From NCBI GenBank assembly GCA_008369845.1, contig MRSU01010846.1, positions 1 to 34,717 on the forward strand: DNA of 34,717 nt, given 5' to 3'. The position numbers were made by a program, and so were the translations under genes. The notes beneath the pieces are model-generated. The model had not been told where the DNA came from. It worked only from the letters and a program-made list of their open reading frames with translations, and searched no databases. Position 1 is the stretch's first letter; the number at the start of each line of letters is the position of its first letter. The stretch is from Trichomonas gallinae (Eukaryota). Of the stretch, positions 32,942-34,717 are shown in pieces.

Positions 32942-33255
32942 ATGGAGTTTGACCCAGTTGACAATGCCCAACCCAGGCATGATGAAGAACGACACACTCG
33001 TCGAAGTCCTCGACCTGGAACAGTTATCCTAAAGTTTGAAACACTTTACTCTCAGCGTTGACGATTCACTCTACATTCTCAATAAAGTTCAGTCTAAATA
33101 CAAAGGTACAGACAGATTCAAGGCTGTTCAACAAGTTCGATTCTAAGAAGTTTGTTGAATTTATCAAAACAATAGGTCAATGCGTCAAGTTTGACATTCT
33201 TGGTCCTATTTCAACCATATTAGAATCCAACGAAATCACCAACAACAAAAAGTAA
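32942..33255 (+). pseudogene. Pseudogene fragment, N-terminal part of the same ankyrin-protein family as 22741-23350
   Basis: Stitching three frames gives MEFDPVDNA/PGMMKNDTLVEVLDLEQLS*SLKHFTLSVDDSLYILNKVQSKYKGTDRFK/LFNKFDSKKFVEFIKTIGQCVKFDILGPISTILE. It has coding-like GC content, two frameshifts and an in-frame TAA at 33030. Bases 33172-33219 match the reverse complement of 23303-23350 at 38/48. Confidence 0.65.
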
Positions 33256-33319
33256 ACAAAATTAATTAAATTTTAAAAACTCAAATATTTTGTTAAATAT
33301 AAATACAAACAATTTATTA

Positions 33320-34459
33320 TTATAGAGATTCGATGAATCCGTCGTCGAAAACCTGTGTTGCGTTGAAGATTGGTTCTTGTTTTCCAGTAACTGCGTACAA
33401 AAGCGAAGTTGTTTGGTGTGAAAACACTAGATTCTGGATTGGAAGAGATATCTTGCAGATTGGGCAGATCCACTGATGTGATGCATTTGCATTTTTAATA
33501 TATTCCTTCAAATCGAAGCATTGATAGTGCATGCATGATATTCCTCTTCCAGGGTACTCCATTAGCTTGCCAGATATCGGATCGATCAAGCACTGGTCGA
33601 CGGGAGCTGATTCTGGCGAAGTATGAGTGTCTGGCCTGTTTCTGATTGTCTCTATGAGTGTCTTGTATGTGGTATATTGCGCTTGTACGGCTGAGAGGAT
33701 AAAAGGAAAGGCTTCTTGGTCACAAAACAACGAAACAGTTCCAGAAGTTGCAAATTTCGTGATATCAATGAAAGGAAGCAGGTAAGTTCCCCTATTTTTG
33801 ACCACGATGCCATTAACGAGAACAACAAGCGTTTTCGGCCAATAAATTGATCTTTGATTAGTATCAGTGGAAATCGATTGTATTATGACGTGTATATCAG
33901 GCGGGAGCTGCGGAATCTCGAAATTGATGTTGACTGGAGATTGGCCAACTCTGGCTTCCTGTAGAATCGGCGGAAGGTCTGTGATTGTATATCTGCAGTC
34001 ATACAGCATTTCTGGGGACGTTTCGAACCTCTTGAACTGCATGTAATTTTGTTTCTGAGTTAAATTGAGGATTTGGTTGAGTGCGTTGATATTGGCCGAA
34101 CTTATGCTGTCAGCATAGTTTAAAAGCGTTTGTCTCGTTGGAGGAGTTACTTGCAGCTCCATTGCAATATTGTAGCACTGCTGTGGAGCCAAATTTTGTA
34201 TTGTTTTGATTAGAAAGTCTTTTGTTATTTGTCCAGGTGACTGCTCCTCGCTTTCAACGTCCCTGAAAAACGATCTTTTGCCCTTCCGAGGCGGGTTCTC
34301 GCCCCTTGACATAAGAAATGATGTTCCATTCTTGTCTGCGCCTCCGTTGTCTGCAGATCTGCGCTGCCCCAGGTCTACAAATGGAGTCGGCGAGAAGGCG
34401 GAGACATTTGACGCGTCGTTATTTCCCGAATCTAGAGGTGAAACGGGATAACTTTGCAT
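33320..34459 (-). CDS. SP-RING (zf-MIZ) domain protein, putative SUMO E3 ligase (PIAS/Siz-like)
   Basis: CLIDPISGKLMEYPGRGISCMHYQCFDL...WICPICK is an SP-RING motif, preceded by WPKTLVVLVNG (PINIT-like). The first true ATG is at 34459; the track's 34486 start is TTG. Confidence 0.92.
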   Translation of the reverse strand: MQSYPVSPLDSGNNDASNVSAFSPTPFVDLGQRRSADNGGADKNGTSFLMSRGENPPRKGKRSFFRDVESEEQSPGQITKDFLIKTIQNLAPQQCYNIAMELQVTPPTRQTLLNYADSISSANINALNQILNLTQKQNYMQFKRFETSPEMLYDCRYTITDLPPILQEARVGQSPVNINFEIPQLPPDIHVIIQSISTDTNQRSIYWPKTLVVLVNGIVVKNRGTYLLPFIDITKFATSGTVSLFCDQEAFPFILSAVQAQYTTYKTLIETIRNRPDTHTSPESAPVDQCLIDPISGKLMEYPGRGISCMHYQCFDLKEYIKNANASHQWICPICKISLPIQNLVFSHQTTSLLYAVTGKQEPIFNATQVFDDGFIESL

Positions 34460-34579
34460 TTCTAAAAAAAATAATAAATTTTTCAATCGAAACTCGAATT
34501 TTTATTATGTTCATATTCCAAAAATTTGTTTTCTTTCATCAAAAAACCTCAAATGATATTTTTTGTTGGAATTTGACGC

Positions 34580-34625
34580 TTTACATGTCAAAAATATAAA
34601 ATTGATAATCTTTTTGACATGTAAA
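34580..34625. repeat. Perfect 15-bp inverted repeat TTTACATGTCAAAAA-N16-TTTTTGACATGTAAA upstream of the MIZ gene
   Basis: Arms 34580-34594 and 34611-34625 are exact reverse complements. Confidence 0.85.
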
Positions 34626-34657
34626 TTAATCAGATAGATTAAGGGTGCGCTTGCACG

Positions 34658-34700
34658 AAAACGGTTTTTATCGTCTTTTTTCATCCACGCTCATTTTTTA
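34658..34700 (+). promoter_or_regulatory. Possible core promoter of a + strand gene starting beyond the window
   Basis: AAACGGTTT (resembles trichomonad M3 element) followed by TCATTTTT (initiator-like). No ORF is visible inside the window. Confidence 0.35.
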
Positions 34701-34717
34701 ATCTCTAGACCTTTAGG

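Noticed and set aside
32964..33061. Antizyme-like programmed +1 frameshift at TCC-TAA (33027-33032), or a short GT..AG intron at 33023-33055
   Set aside because: The +1 frame hits TGA at 33037 and there is no antizyme similarity. The putative intron lacks the trichomonad GTAYGT donor and ACTAAC branch motif. Pseudogene decay explains the region better.

Overview
AT-rich, intronless, gene-dense eukaryotic DNA that most resembles a parabasalid (Trichomonas-like) genome. That assignment is an inference from the Pmp-like surface protein with a trichomonad-type cytoplasmic tail, the R2R3 Myb, the DUF3447-like ankyrin proteins and stop codons embedded in TAAA. Genes in order: Pmp-like adhesin with a 47-unit TPSS stalk; axonemal dynein heavy chain (DNAH1-like); Myb factor; METTL5; RRM protein; Frag1/DRAM/Sfk1 membrane protein; ankyrin pseudogene C-terminal half (- strand); large ankyrin protein; hypothetical protein; CLASP; ankyrin-family pseudogene N-terminal half (+ strand); SP-RING/MIZ SUMO E3 ligase. 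The most striking unexplained structure is the two complementary pseudogene halves about 10 kb apart. They lie in inverted orientation and share a 48-nt in-frame overlap, so inverting the block between them would rejoin them into one gene. Also notable are a degenerate repeat/motif array upstream of the Myb gene, recurrent candidate promoter motifs (TTTACATGTCA, AAAAGTGC) and a degenerate AAA3 site in the dynein. No RNA genes, CRISPR arrays or recognisable transposons were seen.
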